Source of the DNA: a virus
Taxonomy: Duplodnaviria; Caudoviricetes
Length of the DNA: 64,000 nt
Strand: one strand, 5' to 3'
IMG/VR virus record: IMGVR_UViG_3300033121_002101
Coordinates: 96,001-160,000 of that record
The translations under genes and the position numbers were made by a program. The notes under the pieces were generated by a model, which saw nothing but the letters and a program-made list of their open reading frames with translations, did no database searches and was not told where the DNA came from. Position 1 is the stretch's first letter. Each line of letters begins with the position of its first letter. Below are positions 44,614-54,070 of this stretch, piece by piece.

Positions 44614-44670
44614 TGCTTTTGTTCAAATGCAAACGTTCCGCGTATTTTATAAAGTGTTATAAATTCTAAT

Positions 44671-44886
44671 ATGCATATTTACAAAAATTGTGAAATGCAC
44701 ACTTGGCCACTTGGACGACCAAGTGGTATTTATCGTTCTATAGGTTCTGTTGAACATACGCAATGCAACAATTGTCTTGCTATGCGTATTAGATTTTTGA
44801 CAGACGTAAATGTTGATGGCAAGTGGCTAACTGTAGAGCAAGAACAGATTATTGAACCTGTTTTTGATATAAGTCAAGCTAAGTGA
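44671..44886 (+). CDS. Hypothetical protein
   Basis: 71-aa ORF with C..H and CxxC. Confidence 0.45.
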   Translation: MHIYKNCEMHTWPLGRPSGIYRSIGSVEHTQCNNCLAMRIRFLTDVNVDGKWLTVEQEQIIEPVFDISQAK

Positions 44887-44940
44887 ATTGCTGAAATTTA
44901 TGTGTAGGAAACAACAAACAGCACGGAGCAAACTCATCAA

Positions 44941-45921
44941 ATGAGCCATTTCGCAGGCAAAGCAAGAGTACAAAAAGTATCAGATATTGTCGTACCAGAA
45001 AGTTTTTATAAGAGGATTTCTACAGGCATTGAGACTTTAGATTTGATTCTTGGTGGTGAAGAGCTACCAGGCATTATGCCTGATACAAGTATTCTTGTTT
45101 CTGGTAAGCCGGGTTCATGCAAGTCTACGCTTCTTTTGCAGGTAATGCATAACATTTCAAAGAGCGGAAAAAATTGTCTTATAAATTCTGGTGAAGAAGT
45201 ACCAGAAAGAATTGCATTGAGAGCTGAGCGTCTTGGGCTTAAAGACGTAGACTTTTCTGTTTCTACTTTTTCTCATAGAGAAGATTTAGAACTGTATGTT
45301 CGTAATGAAGGAATCAATGTACTTGTTGTTGATTCTGCGCAAGCGCTTGCAAGCTCTGATGAGAAAGAGCGCGTGCATAAAATTGTTAAGTCATTAACGC
45401 AACTTGCGCATGAAGCTAATGTCACAGTTATTATCGTTGGCCATGTGACAAAAGCAGATATTTTTGCTGGCAAGAACTCAATTGAGCATGATGTTGATGT
45501 TCATTTTAGAATTGCTCTTGACAAAGATTCTGGCGAAAGAAAAGCGCTAACAACGAAAAACAGATTTGGCCCCGCGCATATTGAATATGATATGCTTGTA
45601 GGAAAAAATGGACTAATTGAGTTCATGAAAACAGCAGAAGAAGGAGCTTCAGCAAAGGCTCAAGATAAATTTGTCGGAGAAGTCATTAGACTTCTGACAG
45701 ATGGAGAAAAGCTTAGCGGGTATTCTCATGATGAATATGAATCACTAAGACAATTCGGGAGGTCTGGTGGTTTTATGAGAGCAATGCTTTCGCGTGCAGC
45801 TGCAGAACTTGAGTCAAAAGGTTATATTGTTTGTAGACAAGTTATTAATAGACGAGAACACATCTACTTGGATGTACCAAGTGATAAGTATGATGAGCAA
45901 GAAGAAGGATTAATTCAATGA
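44941..45921 (+). CDS. RadA/Sms-like RecA-fold ATPase
   Basis: STGIETLD, GKPGSCKSTL, SGEE, VVDSAQ, VGHVTK, EHDVD, KNRFG. Confidence 0.88.
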   Translation: MSHFAGKARVQKVSDIVVPESFYKRISTGIETLDLILGGEELPGIMPDTSILVSGKPGSCKSTLLLQVMHNISKSGKNCLINSGEEVPERIALRAERLGLKDVDFSVSTFSHREDLELYVRNEGINVLVVDSAQALASSDEKERVHKIVKSLTQLAHEANVTVIIVGHVTKADIFAGKNSIEHDVDVHFRIALDKDSGERKALTTKNRFGPAHIEYDMLVGKNGLIEFMKTAEEGASAKAQDKFVGEVIRLLTDGEKLSGYSHDEYESLRQFGRSGGFMRAMLSRAAAELESKGYIVCRQVINRREHIYLDVPSDKYDEQEEGLIQ

Positions 45922-46232
45922 TTTTAGATAAATTTGACAATTACGAAGCAGCTGGCAATCAACTTTTCTCAGATTATTTTTCTGTTGCTGATGAAGAGAC
46001 ATTTGGAGTATCGCTGATACTATGCTCAGACGGTAAGCATACGATGAATTTCACAGTAGATGAAAATGACAATACTGTTGGAATTTTGTCTGTTAGAGAT
46101 TCAAACGGTAGTCTTGTAGCTTTTTCGAAGACATCTGTTGGTGAAGATATTGGTAGGGATTTTGAAGAGTTCATTACAGATTTCTTTTCTTTAAGAAGTA
46201 ATGATGAACATGGCGATGTCGATTTACATTGA
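45918..46232 (+). CDS. Hypothetical protein
   Basis: 104-aa acidic ORF. Confidence 0.55.
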   Translation: MILDKFDNYEAAGNQLFSDYFSVADEETFGVSLILCSDGKHTMNFTVDENDNTVGILSVRDSNGSLVAFSKTSVGEDIGRDFEEFITDFFSLRSNDEHGDVDLH

Positions 46233-46654
46233 GTAATTTTTTACCAAAAACAGAAAACGGTGGAGTATACTGCTGCACTAAATGCGGCAGTCTTCAAGTT
46301 TCTGAATACGTTATATTAGATTCATTTTGTAGTGAATGTCATGCATCTAGAGATTCACAGGAACTTGTGACATGCGCAGGTTGTTCTATGCCTGTCGTTT
46401 TTGATTTTGACAATGACTATCTAAGATGCAGAAACATGCATGCTTTTTCAGGCGTTCAACCAGTAATGGGAATGTTTGCAAGAGAGCACCCAAGCGGCAA
46501 AGTAGGAAGAGTAGTTGCATTTAGTGAAAATGCATGTACTATTGAAATGTTAGAAGATAAAAAAAGAAGAACGTTTAAATATAGCGAAAAAGAATTTGCA
46601 GCTGTTTTATACAGATCAGATTCTATATTACATTTTTTTGGAAAAATAGTTTAA
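46229..46654 (+). CDS. Hypothetical Cys-rich (Zn-ribbon) protein
   Basis: CTKC, CSEC, CAGC, C..H. Confidence 0.55.
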   Translation: MSNFLPKTENGGVYCCTKCGSLQVSEYVILDSFCSECHASRDSQELVTCAGCSMPVVFDFDNDYLRCRNMHAFSGVQPVMGMFAREHPSGKVGRVVAFSENACTIEMLEDKKRRTFKYSEKEFAAVLYRSDSILHFFGKIV

Positions 46655-46663
46655 GGAATTTAT

Positions 46664-46921
46664 ATGGATATATACAACGAGACAGATTACAAGAAAGTCA
46701 TCAAATCTTTAGAGGCTCTATCTAACAAAGTATCTGATGTCACGAGATTAATAGATCGTCCAGATGTAGTTGAGCTATTGGAAGAAACGTGCGATATTTT
46801 TAGAGAAGCTATAGAGATATTAAAAGACGATGTAGAGCCAGAAGAAGAGTATGATGATGTTGAGCCAGAGGAAGACTTGGCTGATTCTGTAGATATTGAT
46901 GATGAAGAAGACGACGAATAG
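46664..46921 (+). CDS. Hypothetical acidic protein
   Basis: AAGGA RBS; DDVEPEE duplicated in the acidic tail. Confidence 0.6.
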   Translation: MDIYNETDYKKVIKSLEALSNKVSDVTRLIDRPDVVELLEETCDIFREAIEILKDDVEPEEEYDDVEPEEDLADSVDIDDEEDDE

Positions 46922-46951
46922 CGATAATTGCAACGACTGCATCATATTTAT

Positions 46952-49129
46952 ATGATGACCGATCGTTACATTTTAGAAGCAGAAGGCGATGATTTAGATA
47001 ATGATGTTCCAGAGTTGCCAAAACCGCAACTAGCTGCCCATCCAGGGCACGATTTTAAGAAAATTACAAACGTAGGAAGAGGAGGTTCAGAGCTTACAAA
47101 TGTTGTAGGCGATGGGCCTGTTTCTGTTAGAGGCCCAGACAAGAGACAGATCGGTAAAGACAGACAAAACGTAGTTGCTGTTTTTAACTTTAGAGATAAA
47201 GCTAAAGCGATGACAGTACGCCAAGAGTTACTTGATGGCAAGCTTGGCTTAGAAGTTCCAAAAGTTGACGGCCCAAGGCCTGCAAGAATAGATAAAGAAA
47301 AGAAATATTCAGATCCTGGAAATCTTTACTATCAACTGTCAGCGACTGTATTTGTTCCAGAAGATTCTTCTTCTAATGAACTGATCAGAAAACTTAAATC
47401 TAGAAAAGCTTCTGATGTACTTGGTCCGTTTAAAGAGCCAGGAGCTGCAAGATTTGAACTTACTGTTCAAAAAAGATCTGGTGCAACAGAAACGATGATG
47501 TTTAAATCAGAAGAAGAAGCAAACAAAGCGAAAGAAGATATAGAAAAAGGAATTAGAGACAACCCAATAAAAGGTGTAACAGCAAGAAGAGTTGCTCCAG
47601 GTGTAAGCACAATTGCAAATCAAGGCCTCTCTAGAAACAGATTCTTTTCAGACACAGCTGTTCTTTCTAGAAAACATTATGATATGTTAAAGAAAGATCC
47701 AGAAAGAGGCCGTTATGAAATTGCCCGTGACATTGGGTTGACACTTGCTCTGACTGGTGTACCAGGTACAATCGGTGACGAAGCAAGATTAGAAAGAAAC
47801 ATGCTTGTTAAGAAAATTGGCCAAGAGAAAGCCAATTTGCAGATTAAAAACGCAGAAAGCCAATTAGACGATTACATTAAAAGAGTCAAACAATCTCCAA
47901 CCACTAGAAGTGGTGCTGATATGGAGAAATTAAAGCCTCAATTCAAAGGGTCTTTCGAAGGCCAGAGGCATACTGTTAAAGGTCGCTTGCAACATTCAAT
48001 GCATCGTTATGTTGACCCAAAAACTGGCGAATTGAAAAAAGCTAGCCGTTCACGTGAATCAAGATCTCCATACGAATTTATTTGGAGTAATAAGTTTGAA
48101 GATTGGTTCACGCCGCTTGAGTATGCTGCGAAAAGAAGAGGTGATGAGCTTCCTACAAAAAAGAGAGCAGAAGCTGAGCCTGTTAGCTTTGACCCAAGCA
48201 AAAATGATAGAAAAAAGGGAATGCCAGGAAAAGAAACTGGTGTGGGTCCCCGCAGACAAGTTGTTCCGCCAGAAGCAAAAGCATATGTTGAACAGTATTT
48301 GAAAGTATTCAATGCCGTTGCAAAGTACTATTCAGACAGTCCGCTAACAAATGATTTTGCAGAAGCACTCCAAGGTATTATACGTACAGTTAAAACAAAA
48401 GGTTCTCCAACGCGTCAATCTTTAGATAAGTTAGAAAAAGAAGTTGAGAACATGCGCTCGAAATATGAAAAGAGCGGTGAATCGCTTACCATTACAGGAA
48501 AAGAAAAACTGCAGCATGCTATTGCAGTTGGCAAAAAACTTGTTGCGCAACCACCGCCAGAGTACGATGAATATGATTATGGTGCTCAAGGAGAAGAAGA
48601 GCCAGATCAAGATTTCGCAAAAGCAGCATCTAAAGCTGCAAGACTTGGCATTGCAAAAGGTGGCAATGAACCAAAGTCTAAAGGTCATGATTTTAAAGAA
48701 CCAAGAATGCCAGGAAGACAACAGGTATTGACAGCTCCAGGTTTACCAACAAAAATGGTAGAGCCAGGAAAAGCTCCGCCAGAATATCGCAGTCACAGTA
48801 AAGACTGGGCAGATCTTGACAATTTGCTTAGAGGTGCAGATGATTCAGAGTTCTCTGGAGCAAAAGATTCAGATGCAATGAATGCTCTTAGAAGCAAGAT
48901 AAATGCTCGCAATACTTCTTCAGATGACCCGAATGTTGTTGTCAAAAAGCCAGTAAGAAAAGCACCACCTGCTTCCAAGTCATTTACAGTTCACCCTGGG
49001 CCAACGCGTAAATCACCCAATGGCAACCATGACAAAATTAAAAACGTGTCTCCTGACACTCCGTGGAGGGCGTTAGCAAAATTACAAGGTGATGACCAAC
49101 TGGACGATCAAGAAGATGATAATCAATAA
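46952..49129 (+). CDS. Large charged low-complexity protein, possibly virion-internal
   Basis: Starts MMTDRYILEAE; K/E/P-rich; followed by a terminator. Confidence 0.65.
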   Translation: MMTDRYILEAEGDDLDNDVPELPKPQLAAHPGHDFKKITNVGRGGSELTNVVGDGPVSVRGPDKRQIGKDRQNVVAVFNFRDKAKAMTVRQELLDGKLGLEVPKVDGPRPARIDKEKKYSDPGNLYYQLSATVFVPEDSSSNELIRKLKSRKASDVLGPFKEPGAARFELTVQKRSGATETMMFKSEEEANKAKEDIEKGIRDNPIKGVTARRVAPGVSTIANQGLSRNRFFSDTAVLSRKHYDMLKKDPERGRYEIARDIGLTLALTGVPGTIGDEARLERNMLVKKIGQEKANLQIKNAESQLDDYIKRVKQSPTTRSGADMEKLKPQFKGSFEGQRHTVKGRLQHSMHRYVDPKTGELKKASRSRESRSPYEFIWSNKFEDWFTPLEYAAKRRGDELPTKKRAEAEPVSFDPSKNDRKKGMPGKETGVGPRRQVVPPEAKAYVEQYLKVFNAVAKYYSDSPLTNDFAEALQGIIRTVKTKGSPTRQSLDKLEKEVENMRSKYEKSGESLTITGKEKLQHAIAVGKKLVAQPPPEYDEYDYGAQGEEEPDQDFAKAASKAARLGIAKGGNEPKSKGHDFKEPRMPGRQQVLTAPGLPTKMVEPGKAPPEYRSHSKDWADLDNLLRGADDSEFSGAKDSDAMNALRSKINARNTSSDDPNVVVKKPVRKAPPASKSFTVHPGPTRKSPNGNHDKIKNVSPDTPWRALAKLQGDDQLDDQEDDNQ

Positions 49130-49174
49130 TGTTATAAAATAAAACAATGATGATAAATTGTCATTATTGAATTT

Positions 49175-49210
49175 AGAGTGCAACGAATTGATCGTTGCAC
49201 TTTTCATTTT
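49175..49210 (+). terminator. Rho-independent terminator
   Basis: AGAGTGCAACGA-ATTGA-TCGTTGCACTTT followed by a T-rich tail. Confidence 0.8.
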
Positions 49211-49291
49211 ATGGATATAAAATTGTCTTTGGTTGTATTGCTTATAGCAATAATTGCTGTATTAATTGATCTTTATACAAAGGAATAAGCA

Positions 49292-50335
49292 GTGAGTGAT
49301 TATCATCCAATCGTTGTTAAACTTAAAAATGTAAGTCCACATCCAAATGCAGATAGCTTGTTTACAGCAGACGCTGGCGGCTATCCTGTCGTTTTTAAAT
49401 CTGGTCAGTATGCAGAAGGTGATTTAGTTGCATACATTCCAATTGATTCTATCGTACCAGACACAGAAGAGTGGTCTTGGCTTGGCGGGCACAGGAGAAT
49501 CAAAGCTAAGAAATTGCGCGGAATTTATTCAATGGGACTTGTTGTCCCTGTACCAAATGGGCTTTCTGAAGGTGATTCTGTTATGGAAGCGTTAGGCCTT
49601 CAGAAGTATGAAGCCGATATAGATGTACGCGCATTCATGAATACAGATAATGAAAAAGATCCTGGATTCATGCCATGTTATACAGATATTGAAAGTCTCA
49701 GAAGGTATAAAAGTGTTCTTTTGCCTTCGGGTTTTGTACGTGAAGAAATTCAAACAGAATTTGGATATACTAAAAAAGTTTTAATGGCTGAGCTTGGTGC
49801 TGTTGGTGAAGAAGTTGTTATAACTGAAAAGATCCACGGTGCAAATGCACGTTATTGCTGGAAAGACGGAAGGATGTGGGCTGGTTCAAGATCTTGCATT
49901 AAAGCAGAAGCAGAAAACAACATGTGGTGGAGTGCTGCTGAGAACATCTGTTTGAAAGAAAAGCTTGCAACTGTACCAGATGTAGTTCTTTACGGTGAAG
50001 TATTTGGTCAAGTACAGGATTTAAAGTATGGAAAGAAAGGCTTTCATTTAGCTTTCTTTGATGCGTTCGACATTAAGACCGGTAGATATTTTGATTATGA
50101 TGATTTTGATAAACTTATCACAGATCTTAAACTAACGAAAGCCCCTGTTCTTTATAGAGGACCGTGGAGCATGTCTCTTACAGATCTTGCTGAAGGCACT
50201 ACTGTGATTGGTGATGGAGCCAATGTGATTGAAGGTTTTGTTGTAAAGCCTGTCAAAGAAAGATATGATGACGCGCTTGGCAGAGTAATCTTAAAGATGG
50301 TTGGGCAAGGTTATACGCTTAGAAAAGGTGGATGA
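49292..50335 (+). CDS. RNA ligase, DRB0094/Rnl2-like family
   Basis: HPNAD N-domain, KLRGIYSMG, TEKIHGAN, YGEVFG, FFD, EGFVVKP, ILK. Confidence 0.9.
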   Translation: MSDYHPIVVKLKNVSPHPNADSLFTADAGGYPVVFKSGQYAEGDLVAYIPIDSIVPDTEEWSWLGGHRRIKAKKLRGIYSMGLVVPVPNGLSEGDSVMEALGLQKYEADIDVRAFMNTDNEKDPGFMPCYTDIESLRRYKSVLLPSGFVREEIQTEFGYTKKVLMAELGAVGEEVVITEKIHGANARYCWKDGRMWAGSRSCIKAEAENNMWWSAAENICLKEKLATVPDVVLYGEVFGQVQDLKYGKKGFHLAFFDAFDIKTGRYFDYDDFDKLITDLKLTKAPVLYRGPWSMSLTDLAEGTTVIGDGANVIEGFVVKPVKERYDDALGRVILKMVGQGYTLRKGG

Positions 50336-50748
50336 AAATGGTAGACGATGTTAGTGATTTTGTTTCAAATGTTTTGTTTTTAGATGATTCTGAAGACAGA
50401 CATGTAATTTTTAGGAACTTGGTAGACAGTAAAACCAAACTGCATGCTGTATACACAGCAGATGAAGCAATCAGTTGTCTGGACAAAATTCGCTTCTACC
50501 AAGTATTTTTAGATCATGACTTGTGTGAAGAAGATATAATGTGTGTTGTTGGCAAACAGACAAAATACAAAACTGGCATGGCAGTCGTTGACCATCTTCT
50601 AACGATGCCAAAAGATAAACTACCGTCGCAAGTTGTAATTCACTCAATGAATACTCCAGCTGTCATGGAAATGTCTAAGAGATTGGATTCAGCTGGAATT
50701 AAAAATGTTAGAATCCCGTTCAGTAGGATGTTAACGTCAGTGCTGTGA
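50332..50748 (+). CDS. Cyclic-phosphate-processing receiver-domain protein
   Basis: LFLDD, VFLDHDL, TG..V, IHSMN; adjacent to an RNA ligase. Confidence 0.8.
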   Translation: MKMVDDVSDFVSNVLFLDDSEDRHVIFRNLVDSKTKLHAVYTADEAISCLDKIRFYQVFLDHDLCEEDIMCVVGKQTKYKTGMAVVDHLLTMPKDKLPSQVVIHSMNTPAVMEMSKRLDSAGIKNVRIPFSRMLTSVL

Positions 50749-50786
50749 TCTATAATGTATCCAGTATCACAAAATAATTTTGTGAT

Positions 50787-50984
50787 ATGATATACAATAT
50801 AATGAAGGATGTAATACAATTTGGAAATATATTAATCCCACCGAATCCATGGCCAGATAGTGTAATGGATTTACTTGTTGAATGTATAGATAACCAAGCA
50901 GAAGGTAATCCGCCAGCTTGGCATATGCTAGAAATTGCTATGAAAAGTGCAATACAAATGTTCCCAAGGAGTGAATTGTCGTAA
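50787..50984 (+). CDS. Hypothetical protein
   Basis: 65-aa ORF. Confidence 0.45.
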   Translation: MIYNIMKDVIQFGNILIPPNPWPDSVMDLLVECIDNQAEGNPPAWHMLEIAMKSAIQMFPRSELS

Positions 50985-51310
50985 TGCCAAATAATTTTCG
51001 TTTTTTATGGCCGCCCAAAAAAATACCAAGAGAAGGCACAATAAAAAGACGTGTTGTTGATAGCTTAATAAAAGCAGCAATTAACAAAAAACCGCTAAAA
51101 TTCTCAGAACTGAGAATGGTATATCAAAATGTATTTTCTGAGCGTGCTAAAAAATATAAAGGGCATGATTTTAACATCGGCATATATACAAAAACATTCG
51201 GTGTGAAAAAAGGAAAAGAAGGGTGGGTTGCTTCTTCTTTAACACTTTTCCTCGCAGGCTACGATGATCTTATTGAGGATCGAATCAAACGTGAATTAAA
51301 TGGTGTATAA
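50984..51310 (+). CDS. Hypothetical basic protein (possible winged helix)
   Basis: 108-aa ORF. Confidence 0.5.
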   Translation: MPNNFRFLWPPKKIPREGTIKRRVVDSLIKAAINKKPLKFSELRMVYQNVFSERAKKYKGHDFNIGIYTKTFGVKKGKEGWVASSLTLFLAGYDDLIEDRIKRELNGV

Positions 51311-51611
51311 TATAAATACGTTGAATTCAATAAGCAAAAAAATTGAATCAATAAGAAAACAATTAAATGGCAAAAGAATAATTGATGACTGGCTTTCAAT
51401 TGAAGATGGAACTTTAATACTTTTTTTAAAAGTTCATATTGATAAACTTGAAGATGCCAGCTGTATAAGAGAAATTATAAAAACAGATTTTATGGGATTT
51501 TTTACCAGTTACTATGTCACAGAGTCAAAAGGTCGTGGGAGAAAAAAAGCAGATGGTAAATCTCCAGTTACTTCAATGACGATAAGAATTTGTCTCTCAA
51601 AGGACTATTGA
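51300..51611 (+). CDS. Hypothetical protein
   Basis: 103-aa ORF. Confidence 0.5.
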   Translation: MVYNINTLNSISKKIESIRKQLNGKRIIDDWLSIEDGTLILFLKVHIDKLEDASCIREIIKTDFMGFFTSYYVTESKGRGRKKADGKSPVTSMTIRICLSKDY

Positions 51612-51910
51612 TGCAATCTTCTAATTTTAAGATAAATGTAAGAGATAATGGGCTTGTAGAATTTTTGTTAGTAAACCCGATTGCTGCAAATCCAAATATG
51701 TCTGTTGACGTATCTGAACTAGCAAGAATAACTTGCCTTGTTGAGAAGCAGTTGACTGACTTAGAGATACAAACAAACGCAGCATTGACAAAATCTTTTC
51801 GTAAAAAGAGTGACGGCACATTTGAACTCTATATGTTAACAGCTGCTGTCCCAGGAACTGTACAGATGAGGCATGGTAAGAAAGGTTGGCCTCCAAGAAA
51901 AAAGAAGTAA
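51611..51910 (+). CDS. Hypothetical protein
   Basis: TGATG overlap with the upstream ORF. Confidence 0.5.
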   Translation: MQSSNFKINVRDNGLVEFLLVNPIAANPNMSVDVSELARITCLVEKQLTDLEIQTNAALTKSFRKKSDGTFELYMLTAAVPGTVQMRHGKKGWPPRKKK

Positions 51911-51913
51911 TAA

Positions 51914-51986
51914 GCCCGTGTAGCTCAGCTGGTAGAGCACTTGATTTGTAATCATGTGGTCGGGGGTTCAAATCCCTTCACGGGCT
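51914..51986 (+). tRNA. tRNA-Thr(UGU)
   Basis: GCCCGTG/CACGGGC; anticodon loop TTTGTAA; TTCAAAT T loop. Confidence 0.92.
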
Positions 51987-51993
51987 CGAAAAT

Positions 51994-52080
51994 GGAGAGG
52001 TGGCCGAGTGGTTTAAGGCGCTTGTCTTGAAAACAAGAGGGGTTTAAAAGCCCCCGTGGGTTCGAATCCCACCTTCTCCG
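51994..52080 (+). tRNA. tRNA-Ser(UGA)
   Basis: GGAGAGG/CTTCTCC; loop CTTGAAA; long variable arm; G73. Confidence 0.95.
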
Positions 52081-52083
52081 CTA

Positions 52084-52156
52084 GTATGTGGTAGCCCAAG
52101 TAGAGGCATAAGCCTAAAGCTGAAAAAGTGAAGGTAGTTAGTCCTTCTCACATACA
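52084..52156 (+). ncRNA. tRNA-like RNA 6 (5-nt loop CTAAA, 8-nt T loop)
   Basis: GTATGTGG/TCACATAC; GCC/GGC D stem; AGC-CTAAA-GCT; GAAGG-TAGTTAGT-CCTTC. Confidence 0.6.
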
Positions 52157-52172
52157 GTTTTTTAAATGTTAA

Positions 52173-52264
52173 GGCCCTGTAGTTTAATGCAAAACCGATA
52201 GGCTTATACCCTATAACAGCGCCAGATTAGCGCCAGACTGTTGGTTCAAGTCCAACCGGGGTCA
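52173..52264 (+). tRNA. tRNA-Ile(UAU) with long variable region
   Basis: GGCCCTG/CGGGGTC; ATAGG-CTTATAC-CCTAT; ~25-nt variable region; TTCAAGT; A73. Confidence 0.8.
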
Positions 52265-52266
52265 CT

Positions 52267-52446
52267 ATGAATATTATTGAAAATATGATTCAAAATGCTT
52301 TGAAAGGCAATAAAAGAACGTATTACAAGTTATTAAAGCTTGCAAGTGCGTTTGAAAATATGGGAGACGGTGAATCAATCACTGGAACTTATATTAGAAA
52401 TGTGCTGTCTGGAAGTAATAATCTGAAAGTAGACAATGTCAATTAG
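52267..52446 (+). CDS. Hypothetical protein (59 aa)
   Basis: ORF filling the gap between the tRNA and the nucleotidyltransferase. Confidence 0.45.
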   Translation: MNIIENMIQNALKGNKRTYYKLLKLASAFENMGDGESITGTYIRNVLSGSNNLKVDNVN

Positions 52447-53308
52447 AAAAATTTTAAATGCTGGCATTCATGTCGATATGCCAAAATGGCTTCCAGATAA
52501 TCTTTGTTATGAAACAATGATGGGATCTGAAGCGTATGGCGTTGCATCAAATAATTCAGATATGGATGTCTATGGTGCAGTATTCCCGCCGAAAGAATTA
52601 GTTTTTCCACATCTTGCCGGAGAAATTCCGGGATTTGGAAATCAAATTGAAAGATTCAATCAGTGGCAAAAACCTCACATTGAAGCATTTGGAAAGCAGT
52701 GGGATTTTAGCATTTATTCTATTGTAAGATTCTTTCAACTTGCAATGGAAAACAATCCAAACATGCTTGATGCTTTGTTTACGCCATCAAGATGCGTGCT
52801 TTCAACGACACATGCGTGGCAAAACGTTAGAGACAATAGAAAGATATTTCTTCATAAAGGAAGTTGGCATAAACTAAAGGGTTATGCATATAGTCAACTT
52901 GCAAAAATTAAGACTAAAAATGCTGTTGGAAAGCGTTTAGAATTAATTGAGAAATTTGGCTATGACGTAAAGTTTGCTTATCATGTTGTTAGACTGCTTG
53001 ATGAAGCAGAACAGATTCTTATTACTCATGATTTAGATATTGAAAGAAATAGAGAACAGCTTAAAGCAATTAGAGCTGGTGAATGGACATTGGAGCAAGT
53101 TGAGAATTGGTTCTCTTCAAAAGAGAGAGAGTTGGAAACAGCTTACACTAATTCAACATTGAGGCATTCTGCTGATGAACCAGCAATTAGAAAGCTTCTT
53201 ATTGATTGTTTAGAGCATCATTATGGAAGCCTATCTACGATAGTAAACACAGTGAGTGATGAAAGAAGATTGCTATCATCGATAGCAAATATGGTAAAAG
53301 GATATTAA
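52436..53308 (+). CDS. Pol-beta superfamily nucleotidyltransferase (RlaP/YcgL-like, RNA-repair associated)
   Basis: GSEAYG...SDMDVYG, NNPNMLD, GYAYSQL, YDVKFAYHVVRLL, IRAGEW. Confidence 0.85.
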   Translation: MSIRKILNAGIHVDMPKWLPDNLCYETMMGSEAYGVASNNSDMDVYGAVFPPKELVFPHLAGEIPGFGNQIERFNQWQKPHIEAFGKQWDFSIYSIVRFFQLAMENNPNMLDALFTPSRCVLSTTHAWQNVRDNRKIFLHKGSWHKLKGYAYSQLAKIKTKNAVGKRLELIEKFGYDVKFAYHVVRLLDEAEQILITHDLDIERNREQLKAIRAGEWTLEQVENWFSSKERELETAYTNSTLRHSADEPAIRKLLIDCLEHHYGSLSTIVNTVSDERRLLSSIANMVKGY

Positions 53309-53309
53309 A

Positions 53310-53588
53310 ATGGCAAAAAGAGAACGAGAGTCAATTTTTCAATTGACTGATTGGAGAGGCAACACAATTGAAAGAGGCACGATTGTGTTATACACAAAGT
53401 TGAGTGGGCGCAGTGCTGTAATTGCTGAAGGCGAAGTTGTAGATATCTTTCAGACAAGATCATCAGAATATTCTAGTTTTGAAAAAAGAATAACAATTAA
53501 GCCAATTAGAACACCATATCACAGTGCTCCAAAATATACTGCAAATTCTATTATTTCAAATATAGAAAATGTGACAGCTGTAAAGTAA
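53310..53588 (+). CDS. Hypothetical protein
   Basis: DWRGNTIERG..V.Y motif. Confidence 0.6.
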   Translation: MAKRERESIFQLTDWRGNTIERGTIVLYTKLSGRSAVIAEGEVVDIFQTRSSEYSSFEKRITIKPIRTPYHSAPKYTANSIISNIENVTAVK

Positions 53589-53591
53589 TTT

Positions 53592-53873
53592 ATGCAAAGT
53601 ACGTTCTGTAAAGATTGCGGATCACCAATGGTAGAGATGATTCTATCTTGGTATTGTCCAAACGATTGCGATAGAAAAACTGTTGAAAAAGATCTTGTTT
53701 TTGGTCATATTGATGCATTTGACGCATTATATAATAGATCATACAGTGATGAGTTTGCTGCGAATTTTATTTTGCACACGCATAGTATTGTAAATGATTC
53801 TGAACAATATTTTATTGGAACATATAAAGGGCTTTCTATGTCTATTTATGTGAAATATGAAAGCAAGCATTAA
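53592..53873 (+). CDS. Hypothetical protein with N-terminal Zn ribbon
   Basis: CKDCGSPM...WYCPNDC. Confidence 0.55.
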   Translation: MQSTFCKDCGSPMVEMILSWYCPNDCDRKTVEKDLVFGHIDAFDALYNRSYSDEFAANFILHTHSIVNDSEQYFIGTYKGLSMSIYVKYESKH

Positions 53874-54070
53874 AATGCAAAGTGCATTCTGTAAATAATT
53901 GTTAAGAATATCTTGTTGAGTTAAAGTTGAAATCAAAGTAATCAACGAAAAAATCAACGATGTTTATTACGAACAAAATTATGTGATATTATCATTTCAT
54001 AACGTTGAGCAGGTTTGCTCAAAAAATAAAACGGTTCTTAAAAACAAAGAAAGAAAACAGGAGAAAGAAA

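Noticed and set aside
51627-51971. Minus-strand 114-aa ORF beginning MNPRPHDYKSSALPAEL
   Set aside because: Antisense translation of tRNA-Thr and the upstream gene, a classic artefact.
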